IMG/VR virus record: IMGVR_UViG_3300044977_000070
Location: 1-64,000 of that record
Origin: a virus
DNA length: 64,000 nucleotides
Reading direction: 5' to 3' (one strand)
Part shown: piece by piece, positions 39,572 to 48,584 of the stretch
Numbering within the stretch: the stretch's first letter is position 1
How the letters are laid out: each line of letters starts with the position of its first letter
Notes under the pieces: model-generated
The model's input: only the letters and a program-made list of their open reading frames with translations
Told to the model about the DNA's origin: nothing
Databases searched by the model: none
Made by a program: the position numbers and the translations under genes

Positions 39572-41779
39572 ATGAGATCGATTTTAGCGTTCTTGCTTCT
39601 TCTATGTTGCGCTGCGAACGCACAGTCGCCTATTACGATGGGCGACACGACCATCGAGGCAGTTAACGACGGCGACAATGGCGGTTTGCTTATTGCTCAA
39701 AAAGCAACGCTCTCGCAGACCGCGGTTCTTCAATCGATCTCATTTTATGTACGTGTTGCGCGCGGTAATCTTGTCCTTGGCGTTTACGATGCGACTGGGT
39801 CTGGTGCAGGTCCCGGCAAGCTTATTACTCAAGCGGCGGCTTTCACACCGCACACAGGCTGGAATACTGTTCCTACGGAGAAAACTCCGACTCTGGCACC
39901 GGGCACCTATTGGCTTTCCTATCACCCGCAAAGCAATTCGCTTGGTTTTCAAAATGCCCTTGGTACAGGTACCGAGGTGCACGTCACTCGCTCTTATAAC
40001 GTTGTAATGCCAGCGACGTTCCCGAATTACGGAGGGGTGCGCGGGTTCTATAATGATCAGTGGTCATTCTATGCGACGTTGGATACTACGGCCCCGCCGC
40101 CCCCTCCTCCGACAAATGGAGTTTGTGGACCGGCTAACGACGCCCCTACCGCGAGTGCGCCGACTACAAACCTCTGCACCGCGGGGTCGGCGACCACCGT
40201 TATGGGGACCGGCCCTTGGACATGGACATGCGTCGGCGCCAATGGTGGTACTACGGCGAGTTGTTCAGCGCCGGTTGGTAATCCTCCACCGCCTCCAGCA
40301 GTTCAAGTTCCAGGACCAAGCCTTGCATTATTTAACTCGCCTTATTATCAATGCAATGCAAACTACTATGTTGCTTCGAATGGCAGCGATAGTAATAACG
40401 GTTCTCAGGCAGCGCCATGGTTGACTTTGCAACACGCGGATTCGGCGAATGTAGGTCCCGGCGCGTGTATCAACATTGCCCCGGGCACTTATGATGGCTT
40501 CACTGTCAACAACGGAGGCAGTGCAGCATTGGCGGGTGGTTATGTAGTCTACCGCTGCACCACGATGGACGCCTGCAATATCAATGGCAATGCAGGGCCG
40601 AACGGCAGTGGGGCCATCTCGCTTGGATATGGCGCGAACACAGTCGCAAATTATGTAATGTTCGATGGACTAAACTTGGTTGGGCAGGCGAATCCCTTCT
40701 ACTCGTGGGGTTTGGCGACGAATAACCCGACGAATACGCCGGGCTCAGGTACAGTTGGGAATCACCACATCTGGGTGTTAAATAGTACTATTACGAACTT
40801 TGGCCAGGCCGGCATTACGTTCGGCAATGGCGACTTCAACTACGCCATTCATAACAAAAGCTATGGTAACTCAAATCTGCAATGTGATGCGCAGGGATCC
40901 GGCATTGGCATTGTGGTTGCAATGGCTGTTCCGGGTTACACGCCAACGGCGGACGATCAGAACAATCCGAATCCAATGATTGGTTCGTTAGTCAATCCAA
41001 ATACTCTTTCGGGCGCATCCGACGGGTACTTCCACAACGTGATCGCATGGAACGTTGTGTTCAATAATGCTTTGACTCAGTGTGGGACTGTATCCAACCC
41101 ATACGACACGGATGGGAATGGAATCATCCTCGATACTCTCACAATTGATAACGACAACGGCAGTTATAAAGGACAGACGTTGATTGACTTCAACGTGGTT
41201 TATAATAACGGCGGTGGTGGGGTGCATGTATTCCATAGTGCTTACGCCACGGTTGCTAATAACTCCTGCTACAATAACTATATCGACCCGGCGAACCAGG
41301 GCGAGGGCGGTTGTATCGACGACGCGAATGGTTTTGCAAACACCTACCTCAACAATATAGCGATAGCGATTCCTGCCCCGCCGCCATCTGGAGGCTGTCA
41401 ATACAGCACACCCCCCTATCCAATGTGGGACAGCGCGCTGCTCCTGTCGCCGTCCGGTTCGCCGATCGACGTGACTGCTAGCAATATCACGCAGAGCCGC
41501 GGGGCTGGTGCGCCTGGGTGCTACGGCGAGATAGCCGAGTTTGATAATGGTTTTGGCATGGATCCGTATTCGACGACGTCCAACCTCGTCTCCACCGACC
41601 CACAATGGGTAGATGTTGGGACGGTCTCGGCGGGCACCGAAAGTACGCCACCGTCGGGAACAAACTTCGCTTTGCAACCGACTAGCCCCGCGATTGGTTT
41701 TGGTGTGACCAAGCCTTATCTGCCGGCGCAGTCGGTTGACGTTGGGGCCTGTCACCATTCCCTCACGTCGTGTCCCTAG
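39572..41779 (+). CDS. Sec-signal right-handed beta-helix protein, paralog 2
   Basis: 735 aa. Signal peptide MRSILAFLLLLCCAANA. YYVASNGSDSNNGSQAAPWLTLQHA...CINIAPGTY and DTDGNGIILDT blocks. A Cys-containing GVCG...W-W-C module precedes the helix. Confidence 0.6.
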   Translation: MRSILAFLLLLCCAANAQSPITMGDTTIEAVNDGDNGGLLIAQKATLSQTAVLQSISFYVRVARGNLVLGVYDATGSGAGPGKLITQAAAFTPHTGWNTVPTEKTPTLAPGTYWLSYHPQSNSLGFQNALGTGTEVHVTRSYNVVMPATFPNYGGVRGFYNDQWSFYATLDTTAPPPPPPTNGVCGPANDAPTASAPTTNLCTAGSATTVMGTGPWTWTCVGANGGTTASCSAPVGNPPPPPAVQVPGPSLALFNSPYYQCNANYYVASNGSDSNNGSQAAPWLTLQHADSANVGPGACINIAPGTYDGFTVNNGGSAALAGGYVVYRCTTMDACNINGNAGPNGSGAISLGYGANTVANYVMFDGLNLVGQANPFYSWGLATNNPTNTPGSGTVGNHHIWVLNSTITNFGQAGITFGNGDFNYAIHNKSYGNSNLQCDAQGSGIGIVVAMAVPGYTPTADDQNNPNPMIGSLVNPNTLSGASDGYFHNVIAWNVVFNNALTQCGTVSNPYDTDGNGIILDTLTIDNDNGSYKGQTLIDFNVVYNNGGGGVHVFHSAYATVANNSCYNNYIDPANQGEGGCIDDANGFANTYLNNIAIAIPAPPPSGGCQYSTPPYPMWDSALLLSPSGSPIDVTASNITQSRGAGAPGCYGEIAEFDNGFGMDPYSTTSNLVSTDPQWVDVGTVSAGTESTPPSGTNFALQPTSPAIGFGVTKPYLPAQSVDVGACHHSLTSCP

Positions 41780-41942
41780 TAATCGGCGGAGAATCCGCTG
41801 TATCCGCAGACGGGACGGTTTCCTGTCATGAGTAGAAATGCTTTCGGAGGCTTTGGGCCTAGCCGGGCTCTCTCTCTCTTGCGCGTCGTCCCGCCGTTGG
41901 ATTGGGTACCGGCGGCGGGACATATTCATTTAGGGGGCACAA

Positions 41943-42590
41943 ATGGCAGTTTTAGATTATCATGAGCATTTAATTAGTAGCGACGTTATCGTGTTCGCCT
42001 TCGCTAGTGGGGGCAATGAGTTCTCACAGCACTTCGGGCATTTTGAGTTTGGCAATCTTCTACGCAAGTTGAAAATCGCGCATGTCCTGCTTAGGGACAG
42101 CACGGATAGGTGGTATCAGCACGGTGTTATTGGAATTGAAACGAAGAACGCCGTCGTCACTTATATAAAGGAGAGGGCTCGGGAATACCCGCGCGCCATT
42201 TCTATTGGCGTATCGTCGGGTGCCTATGCTGCCTTGATGTATGGACAACATGGACTTCGAGAAACAGGCGACGAAATCATAGCGATATCGCCGATCACGG
42301 GTAAAGGCGACGCCGTGAAGCCGGATTTTGACCTACAATGGTGGCGGCATATTGAGCATGGTCCGGAACATCCCCCGGTTCCGGATTTGAAGTTGTTGTT
42401 TCCGAAAGGCCCCATCCCCACAACTAATGCCTATATCAGTGACGGCGATGGCACATGGCTTGACCGTAAGATGGCTGAACGGATCGGGATCAAGAATATT
42501 CACCTGATACCGGGGTACACCCACGCCGCCCTCGCGCGCCATATGCGTGATATTGGTATGCTGGAAAAACTAATAAGAGGAAAAGAATGA
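41943..42590 (+). CDS. alpha/beta-hydrolase-like protein
   Basis: 215 aa with a GxSxG nucleophile elbow (GVSSG) after a beta-strand. Confidence 0.4.
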   Translation: MAVLDYHEHLISSDVIVFAFASGGNEFSQHFGHFEFGNLLRKLKIAHVLLRDSTDRWYQHGVIGIETKNAVVTYIKERAREYPRAISIGVSSGAYAALMYGQHGLRETGDEIIAISPITGKGDAVKPDFDLQWWRHIEHGPEHPPVPDLKLLFPKGPIPTTNAYISDGDGTWLDRKMAERIGIKNIHLIPGYTHAALARHMRDIGMLEKLIRGKE

Positions 42591-43336
42591 ACGATGCTGA
42601 ATATATTGAGTTGCTCAGGGCGTACGATAAGAATGAACCCTACTTCGGGCATGTCATGCATGCTGACCAAGGGCACCATAGATTTCAGCATTTCCCAAAA
42701 GTTGTTGAGTGCGCGAGAAAGGCGGTTGGTAGGGACACCCTCGATATCCTTGAGATTGGTTCGTGGGCCGGCGCCTCCCTGGTTGCTTGGGATAAGGCGT
42801 GCGAATCTGATTGCAAGCTTACGTGTATCGACCATTGGATGCCTTATTTGGAAGGCGCAAAGCCTCCGGGCGCTGCCGACATTATGACCGAGGCGGCTGT
42901 ATCGGGGTCTATTTTAAGGTTGTTTTGGCACAATGTTGGGACGTGTGGGCTGCTTCCCCGACTGCGCGTCTTTAAAGGATTCTCACGGGATATTTTGCCG
43001 ACGTTAGCCCCAAATTCATTCGATATTGTTTTTATTGATGGGAACCATCTCTATGACAGCGTGAACCACGATATTGTGAATACGAAGTCATTACTGCGCA
43101 ATGGCGGCGTCATGTGCGGCGACGATATGGAACTGCAGTTCCATGAAGTTATGGACAAAGGGATGTATCGTTCCGCATTGCAGCGCGGACTAGAATGCGT
43201 GCGTGACGGCAGCGGCCCAGGATATCACCCCGGTGTGACGGAGGCTGTTCATTGTAACTTTGGTTATGTGCAATCTTTTGATGGGCTGTGGGTACGACAG
43301 AAGGTGGACGACAAGTGGGAAGATACGAGGTTATAA
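42587..43336 (+). CDS. class I SAM-dependent methyltransferase
   Basis: 249 aa. Motif I is DILEIGSWAGAS. FDIVFIDGNHLYDSV is typical of the Methyltransf_24 / TylF-CmcI-like group. Confidence 0.6.
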   Translation: MNDAEYIELLRAYDKNEPYFGHVMHADQGHHRFQHFPKVVECARKAVGRDTLDILEIGSWAGASLVAWDKACESDCKLTCIDHWMPYLEGAKPPGAADIMTEAAVSGSILRLFWHNVGTCGLLPRLRVFKGFSRDILPTLAPNSFDIVFIDGNHLYDSVNHDIVNTKSLLRNGGVMCGDDMELQFHEVMDKGMYRSALQRGLECVRDGSGPGYHPGVTEAVHCNFGYVQSFDGLWVRQKVDDKWEDTRL

Positions 43337-44239
43337 ATGCACGCTTTGTTTCTTGTTACTCATACGGCTGATTGCGAGAAGAACTGGCAATCATGGAATT
43401 GTATCGGCAACACATGTCAGGTTGAGCAATACGACAATCGCCCGCATGGCAATCAGGACGAGATTGTTGCCCTTGCGAAGTATATAAAGCCGGACGTTAT
43501 CGTTTATATCGGCGCGATTGAGAAGTATCATAGGCGCCCTGTCCTGCTTCCTGACGTTCTCAAGCGATTGCGGGACGTCGCCCCCTCGATCCATATCGTC
43601 GGCGACGCGTCGGACAAACCATGGTGGCCCTGGCTTGACCTTTACGATAGGGAGGGGTGCTTCTCGGTTCAGGTTTCCATTGATGGTAGTTTTGATACGC
43701 CGCTGGCGACGAGCCCTACCGGCATGATCAAATTGACCCCGACCGATCCGACCCCGTTCCTGTCGCTCTCGTGGGAGGCGAAAAAGGTCTTTTGCGGCAT
43801 GGCGGGGGGATTGGGACATACCGAGCGCAAGATGTTGGTTCAGTATTTGACCATGGCGGGGGTTCTCGATTGGCGCAAGGACATGTCCTTCCATGGCATG
43901 GCGCAGTTCCTCGCTGATTGTAAGCTTGTCGTCAACTCGCCTATGAACGGCACGGGCGATTCCGTCCACGTCAAGGGACGGGTAATCGAGGCGGGGTGGG
44001 CCGGCGCCTGTTTGCTTGAAAGGAATAACCAATGCACGTCGCATTGGTTCGACGATAGCCTTTATCTCAGGTACCGGTTTCCGAATGACGCACGCGAGCA
44101 GATCGAATGGGCACGCGCGCATGATGCGGAGATTGAGTACATGGCGATGCGTTTCCATGGGGTGGTGAAAGAAAGACACCACCCCAAGGTTTTTTGGCAG
44201 GACGTTTTAGCAAAGGCGGGAGTGTTGCAGAATGCTTAA
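43337..44239 (+). CDS. glycosyltransferase-like protein (GT-B C-terminal half, CgeB-like)
   Basis: 300 aa. VHVKGRVIEAGWAGACLLE resembles the conserved K-x-R-x-x-E-x-x-x-x-G segment of CgeB/GT1-like proteins. Confidence 0.4.
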   Translation: MHALFLVTHTADCEKNWQSWNCIGNTCQVEQYDNRPHGNQDEIVALAKYIKPDVIVYIGAIEKYHRRPVLLPDVLKRLRDVAPSIHIVGDASDKPWWPWLDLYDREGCFSVQVSIDGSFDTPLATSPTGMIKLTPTDPTPFLSLSWEAKKVFCGMAGGLGHTERKMLVQYLTMAGVLDWRKDMSFHGMAQFLADCKLVVNSPMNGTGDSVHVKGRVIEAGWAGACLLERNNQCTSHWFDDSLYLRYRFPNDAREQIEWARAHDAEIEYMAMRFHGVVKERHHPKVFWQDVLAKAGVLQNA

Positions 44240-44996
44240 CGGTAAGGAAAAGGCGCTGACGGAACTTCAGCAGAACGGGATCGCATTGGCGCCGACGCAG
44301 TTGGATAAGATTGCAGACGTAAATAATTACTTAAGGGGGTGTCCGGTTTATAATGCGCACGTCAAGGCAAAGGCCTCTGCTACTATGATCCAATACGCAG
44401 CTGTGATGGCAGCGGAATGGCCAATGTTTTGTATTGATATGCAGGACGCAGTCGTCGCCCCTCATCTATTCGAGCTCATGGTTGATTACTATGATTTCGC
44501 TCGAACCTATTTCGGAGGCGAACAGCCGATTCTCTATTCCATGAACGCATTTTGGACGCAGCCCGTGAAAAGCGGGTTGCAGTATATGGATACGCACGGG
44601 TGGCATAGAGACGCAGACGATCGGAAACAACTCGTCATTTTCGTCTACGGGACGGATGTCGAGAATGAGTTTTCCGACGGCGCGCACCTCTATCAGATTG
44701 GAACGCACAATGTCCCAGACGATAAACTGGGACGCGATTTCCGTTCGCCCCCTCCCCACGTCGTTAAAACGGTCATGGGGAAGGCGGGAACGGTGTTCCT
44801 GTCCGATACCCGCGGCGTGCACATTGGGCGACGCCCGAACAAATTGCGGATGTTGTGCTGGGGCAGATGGGGGGTGAGCACCCCTCCGCAGAGCTACGGG
44901 TGGGATAAATTGAAACCGGTGGACAAGGCCCTGCTAGGGGGTCGATACCCCTCCAGACCCGAGATTCAGGACGCGGTGCGTTTTGTGGTGCAATGA
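44232..44996 (+). CDS. Fe(II)/2-oxoglutarate oxygenase-like (PhyH-type)
   Basis: 254 aa. GWHRDAD (HxD), a distal GVHIGRRP (H...R), and GTVFLSD just before it. Confidence 0.45.
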   Translation: MLNGKEKALTELQQNGIALAPTQLDKIADVNNYLRGCPVYNAHVKAKASATMIQYAAVMAAEWPMFCIDMQDAVVAPHLFELMVDYYDFARTYFGGEQPILYSMNAFWTQPVKSGLQYMDTHGWHRDADDRKQLVIFVYGTDVENEFSDGAHLYQIGTHNVPDDKLGRDFRSPPPHVVKTVMGKAGTVFLSDTRGVHIGRRPNKLRMLCWGRWGVSTPPQSYGWDKLKPVDKALLGGRYPSRPEIQDAVRFVVQ

Positions 44997-45047
44997 GCGT
45001 ATAATCCCCCGGGTGGGGCGATTTGTCGCGTATCGCGTGCGGTAGCA

Positions 45048-45584
45048 ATGGCAAGCGTCACGGGCGGACAGAAAGCGGCGGTTATCCTTGCGGAGATCGG
45101 CGCCCGAATAAAGAATGCCGAGTTCGTCCGCGTAGGTTTCCTGGAAAAGGCTAAATACCCGGACGGTAGACCTGTGGCCATGATTGCGGCGATACAGGAG
45201 TTCGGGGCGCCCCGCGCGAAGATTCCGCCCCGTCCCTTCTTCCGCAATATGATAGCGAAGCATAGTTCGTCATGGCCCCAGGCTGCGGCAAATCTTCTCA
45301 AAGCGAACAACTACGATACGCGTCTCACCCTAAATATGGTTGGAGATGCGATAGCGGGGCAGTTAAGACAATCTATAGTCGATACAACGGCACCCCCGTT
45401 ATCTCCGGTTACACTTATGCTACGGAAAATGAAGGCACAGAATCCGGGTTTACGAGTTTCTAAGCGGGTGGTGTGGGAGGCAGCCCGTCGGGTGAGGCGG
45501 GGCGAGAGTACAGGCGGGGCCTCTATTAAACCCTTAGTCGAGACGGGGCATATGCTTCAGTCAATTTCCTGGGAGGTACGATAA
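45048..45584 (+). CDS. HK97 gp10-like neck/tail-completion protein
   Basis: 178 aa. IAAIQEFGAPRAKIPPRPFFRNMI matches the gp10-family E-F-G ... P-x-R-P-F block. Confidence 0.6.
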   Translation: MASVTGGQKAAVILAEIGARIKNAEFVRVGFLEKAKYPDGRPVAMIAAIQEFGAPRAKIPPRPFFRNMIAKHSSSWPQAAANLLKANNYDTRLTLNMVGDAIAGQLRQSIVDTTAPPLSPVTLMLRKMKAQNPGLRVSKRVVWEAARRVRRGESTGGASIKPLVETGHMLQSISWEVR

Positions 45585-45605
45585 TGTATAGATTGCGGGG
45601 GTATC

Positions 45606-45857
45606 ATGAGGCCATTGCACAACAAGGAACGAGTGTCCCTTCTACGTAGAATTGTAGTTGATTCTTTTCTTGAAGGGAATGACGAGGCTTGGGTGGCAGC
45701 GACGCAAGAGTTGCGTGGTATACTGAAGGCGGAAGGTCTCGCGCGCAAGAACGCGGCAAAGGGGGACGGACCGGACTTCTACCACGATCGCGGAAAGCGG
45801 CAGAGGAAGAAAAATACAACCCCAAATGTTAAACCTCTAATGGAAAGGAGTATTTGA
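45606..45857 (+). CDS. hypothetical basic protein
   Basis: 83-aa ORF. Confidence 0.35.
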   Translation: MRPLHNKERVSLLRRIVVDSFLEGNDEAWVAATQELRGILKAEGLARKNAAKGDGPDFYHDRGKRQRKKNTTPNVKPLMERSI

Positions 45858-45880
45858 CTATGTTATTCGTAGTCAATATG

Positions 45881-45918
45881 AGTTGACGGGGGCGTCTTAA
45901 TTGGCGTCCCCGTCAACT
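45881..45918 (+). terminator. strong hairpin
   Basis: AGTTGACGGGGGCG ... CGTCCCCGTCAACT forms a 14-bp stem with one mismatch and a 10-nt loop. The T-tract is weak. Confidence 0.5.
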
Positions 45919-45941
45919 CTTCAGAGAAGTTCAATCACAAT

Positions 45942-46853
45942 TTGATGGGGCAGCGAAGTCTTGAAGACGTGGTCGGTATTTTCGGTCACCAGCTGCGCGC
46001 CTTGGGACATGAGTGCATTTGGGACCCGTCGAATGCCAAGTTCCTAGACCAGTCGTCGGGGATCAATATCATTGTCGAGGGGTTCACGCCCGCGTCCGTT
46101 GCCGCGATCGCCGAGGCCTACCGTAGCGGCGCGCGCTTCCTTTGCCTCGCGACGGAAGAACCAATCGAGGGAAAGGGATTCAATCACGGCAAGGAACGGG
46201 AGATGGTCGAGCGGCAGAAGGTCTTCCCATATGCCATGCCCTATTTCGAGGGCGTCCTCCACCTCGTTCCCGGCAAGCATGTCACCGATTGGTATGGGCA
46301 GTTCAAACCTGCTGCCTATGTCGATCTTGGGTATGCACGAACGTTGGAGCGTAAAAACCCAATGATAAAGCCGACCTTTGACTTTGGTTTTTATGGATCG
46401 CTGACGAAACGCCGTCTAAAGATACTCAAGCAGTTGGCGAAGAAGATCGGCACAGATAAGGCCGTCAGGCTTGTTACAGACTTTACGTCTCAGGACGAAC
46501 GCGACGCCGCAATGGCGGAAGCGCGGGTTATCATTCAGATTCGCAAATATGACGAGATGGGGCTGGTGTCCTCGTCTCGTTGCAATACGGCGCTTATGAT
46601 TGGACGTCCTATAATTGCCGAACCTCATGAGTTGTCCAAGCCGTGGGACGAGGTAATCAAGTTCTGCGATACAATTGATGACATGCTGTCGCAGGCGATC
46701 ATGATGCGCATTGCTTGGGAAAGCGCATGGCGAAAACAGTTCGATAAGTTCAGGACATTGTTCTCGCCCGAACGTTGCGTTGGCGAGCCATTCCGGCAGA
46801 TCGGCATGGACCTGTCGAAGAAGCTTCCCGACGTGAAGACGGTAGCGGCATGA
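45942..46853 (+). CDS. glycosyltransferase-like protein (GT-B C-terminal-like)
   Basis: 303 aa with a TTG start. FDFGFYGSLTKRRLKILKQL and GLVSSSRCNTALMIGRPIIAE resemble GT1/exostosin-like C-terminal halves. Confidence 0.35.
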   Translation: MMGQRSLEDVVGIFGHQLRALGHECIWDPSNAKFLDQSSGINIIVEGFTPASVAAIAEAYRSGARFLCLATEEPIEGKGFNHGKEREMVERQKVFPYAMPYFEGVLHLVPGKHVTDWYGQFKPAAYVDLGYARTLERKNPMIKPTFDFGFYGSLTKRRLKILKQLAKKIGTDKAVRLVTDFTSQDERDAAMAEARVIIQIRKYDEMGLVSSSRCNTALMIGRPIIAEPHELSKPWDEVIKFCDTIDDMLSQAIMMRIAWESAWRKQFDKFRTLFSPERCVGEPFRQIGMDLSKKLPDVKTVAA

Positions 46854-47065
46854 ACTGTCCGGATTGTTTTGGCAGGGGTTTTATTATCGATCGCCGGCAA
46901 CGGGCATATTTTGAGGAAGAGAACGAGTTTGCTGCTGTGTATAATCCCTGTCCCGAATGCCATGGGACAGGGATAGTTCATTGTTGCGAGGGTTTGCAGG
47001 AGCAGCCCGATGCCTGTCAACACGAAGATCAATCACAACATTCACACAATGCGGAACTTCGTTGA
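46850..47065 (+). CDS. mini protein with two DnaJ-type CxxCxGxG zinc knuckles
   Basis: ATG at 46850 (ATGA overlap). CPDCFGRG and CPECHGTG. Confidence 0.5.
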   Translation: MNCPDCFGRGFIIDRRQRAYFEEENEFAAVYNPCPECHGTGIVHCCEGLQEQPDACQHEDQSQHSHNAELR

Positions 47066-47213
47066 GTGTGAGCAGGGCAGACATTATACGATTACGGCAA
47101 TATCTCAAGTCACAGGTCATAAGATCACGCGCACGTTCCTGGATTATTACGGCCTGGAAGCGTGGCTTTCCACGTACGAAGCGACGCAGATCGAGATCCT
47201 GAATATCACATGA
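47010..47213 (+). CDS. hypothetical protein
   Basis: 67-aa ORF. It overlaps the upstream gene, and the start is uncertain (alternative ATG at 47049). Confidence 0.3.
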   Translation: MPVNTKINHNIHTMRNFVECEQGRHYTITAISQVTGHKITRTFLDYYGLEAWLSTYEATQIEILNIT

Positions 47214-47455
47214 GCAAATCTGGACGGTGGGGAGGCCGCGGCAGCGATCGCCGTGGCCTCGCGCTTGACGCTGACGATGCTGTTGGCCTCGCACGAAACC
47301 CCAAGGGCGTGCAGTTCCGTTGCGGGATGTGCGAATATTTCAAGGACGGCGTTTGCCAAAATCCGCACTCGAAATTGAACGGGGTCGAGGTGGATGCTGT
47401 AGACGAATGCTGCAATAAGTTCCACCATCCTGGAATGCAGGTAATCATCCCATGA
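47210..47455 (+). CDS. small Cys-rich protein with an N-terminal GRWGGRGSDRRG motif
   Basis: ATG at 47210 (ATGA overlap). CGMCEYFKDGVC ... DECCNKFHH. Confidence 0.45.
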   Translation: MSKSGRWGGRGSDRRGLALDADDAVGLARNPKGVQFRCGMCEYFKDGVCQNPHSKLNGVEVDAVDECCNKFHHPGMQVIIP

Positions 47456-47922
47456 ACTTGCACAAGATTGCCTCAGGAGTTATCTCCGCTGTCAATCCGA
47501 TGGAATGGATTGTCGTGATCTCGTCTAATGGATACACGACGGGGTCTGACGGCAAGCGCGTCCCCTCCTATCTTCCCGGCATCCTTGCCTCTGCACAGGT
47601 GCAGCAATTGACAGGTCGCGATCTGCGCCAGCTCGAAATGATGAATATTCAGGGCAGCGATCGCAAGGTTTATATAACCGGATTCGTAGACGCGATTACG
47701 CGCCTGACAAAGTCAGGAGGTGATTTGATAGTGCGCTTTGACGAGTCCGTGTGGTTGACGACGCATGTTCTGGAGCAATGGCCGTCATGGTGCGCCGTTT
47801 CTGTGACTATGCAGATTGACAGCGCGCTTGCGCAAGCGGCTGTGTCCTCCGCAAAGCAAATCTTCCTACCTATTGGGTTGGATTATTCGCAAGGTCCTAT
47901 GGGATCTCAATACGGAATGTAA
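47452..47922 (+). CDS. putative neck / head-tail joining protein
   Basis: 156 aa. Assigned mainly by position and by general resemblance to small myophage neck proteins. Confidence 0.35.
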   Translation: MNLHKIASGVISAVNPMEWIVVISSNGYTTGSDGKRVPSYLPGILASAQVQQLTGRDLRQLEMMNIQGSDRKVYITGFVDAITRLTKSGGDLIVRFDESVWLTTHVLEQWPSWCAVSVTMQIDSALAQAAVSSAKQIFLPIGLDYSQGPMGSQYGM

Positions 47923-47926
47923 AGCC

Positions 47927-48571
47927 ATGAAAAAAGTTTTACTACTGGGCAGTGCGCTGCTTTTGTTGCTTGCAGCAGGGGCGGCGATTGCAACCAATGG
48001 TACGATCGCTGTGCGGGACGGCACAGCGCAGATTTGTACTACTAACCCCACGCAGTGTGGGGCAAGTCACAACTTTTCTGTGACTATTGATGGTCTAGGT
48101 AATTACAATTGGAACTATGCTATTGTAGACGGAGGAGGGTCCGGGGCTACTGCAACGGTTAAGCAGGCCTCGGCAGGAGCATTACCCACGGATAATGCTC
48201 AGACCGTTCTCTCTCTGCCGAGCCCCGCTTCAACAACTAACTATTCAGCGGTGATACAGGCAGCATTGACATATCAACTCCTAATGCCCGCTGGTTCTCG
48301 TCAATCTATTTACATCAAAAATAATCAAACAACTGGCACCGACGTTTGCTACCTACTTTATGGAAGTAATGTCACTAGTCAGGTGGTTCCCGGAAGTACA
48401 CTAACTTCGAATAACTTGATGATTGGTGGAAATATGATTTCGGCCGGAGGGGCGTCAGATATACTCAATCCTGGGCAACCCTATTTGCGTACTTACCCCC
48501 TCGTACCGAATGACCCGATTTATGTGGCCTGCTCAACTATGGGGGACACGATTTATGCTTCTGCTCAATAA
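47927..48571 (+). CDS. secreted hypothetical protein
   Basis: The ATG at 47927 gives MKKVLLLGSALLLLLAAGAAIA. 214 aa. Confidence 0.5.
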   Translation: MKKVLLLGSALLLLLAAGAAIATNGTIAVRDGTAQICTTNPTQCGASHNFSVTIDGLGNYNWNYAIVDGGGSGATATVKQASAGALPTDNAQTVLSLPSPASTTNYSAVIQAALTYQLLMPAGSRQSIYIKNNQTTGTDVCYLLYGSNVTSQVVPGSTLTSNNLMIGGNMISAGGASDILNPGQPYLRTYPLVPNDPIYVACSTMGDTIYASAQ

Positions 48572-48584
48572 GGGATTATTTGTC

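Noticed and set aside
41888-41921. Hairpin GTCCCGCCG...CGGCGGGAC after the second beta-helix gene, as a possible terminator.
   Set aside because: The 9-bp stem closes a 16-nt loop and no T-run follows, so the evidence is too weak to list as a feature.
45000-45005. Perfect TATAAT hexamer 43 nt upstream of the gp10-like gene.
   Set aside because: There is no acceptable -35 hexamer at 16-19 nt spacing and no TG extended -10. It could still be a promoter for a phage-specific sigma factor or activator, but the sequence alone does not support that.
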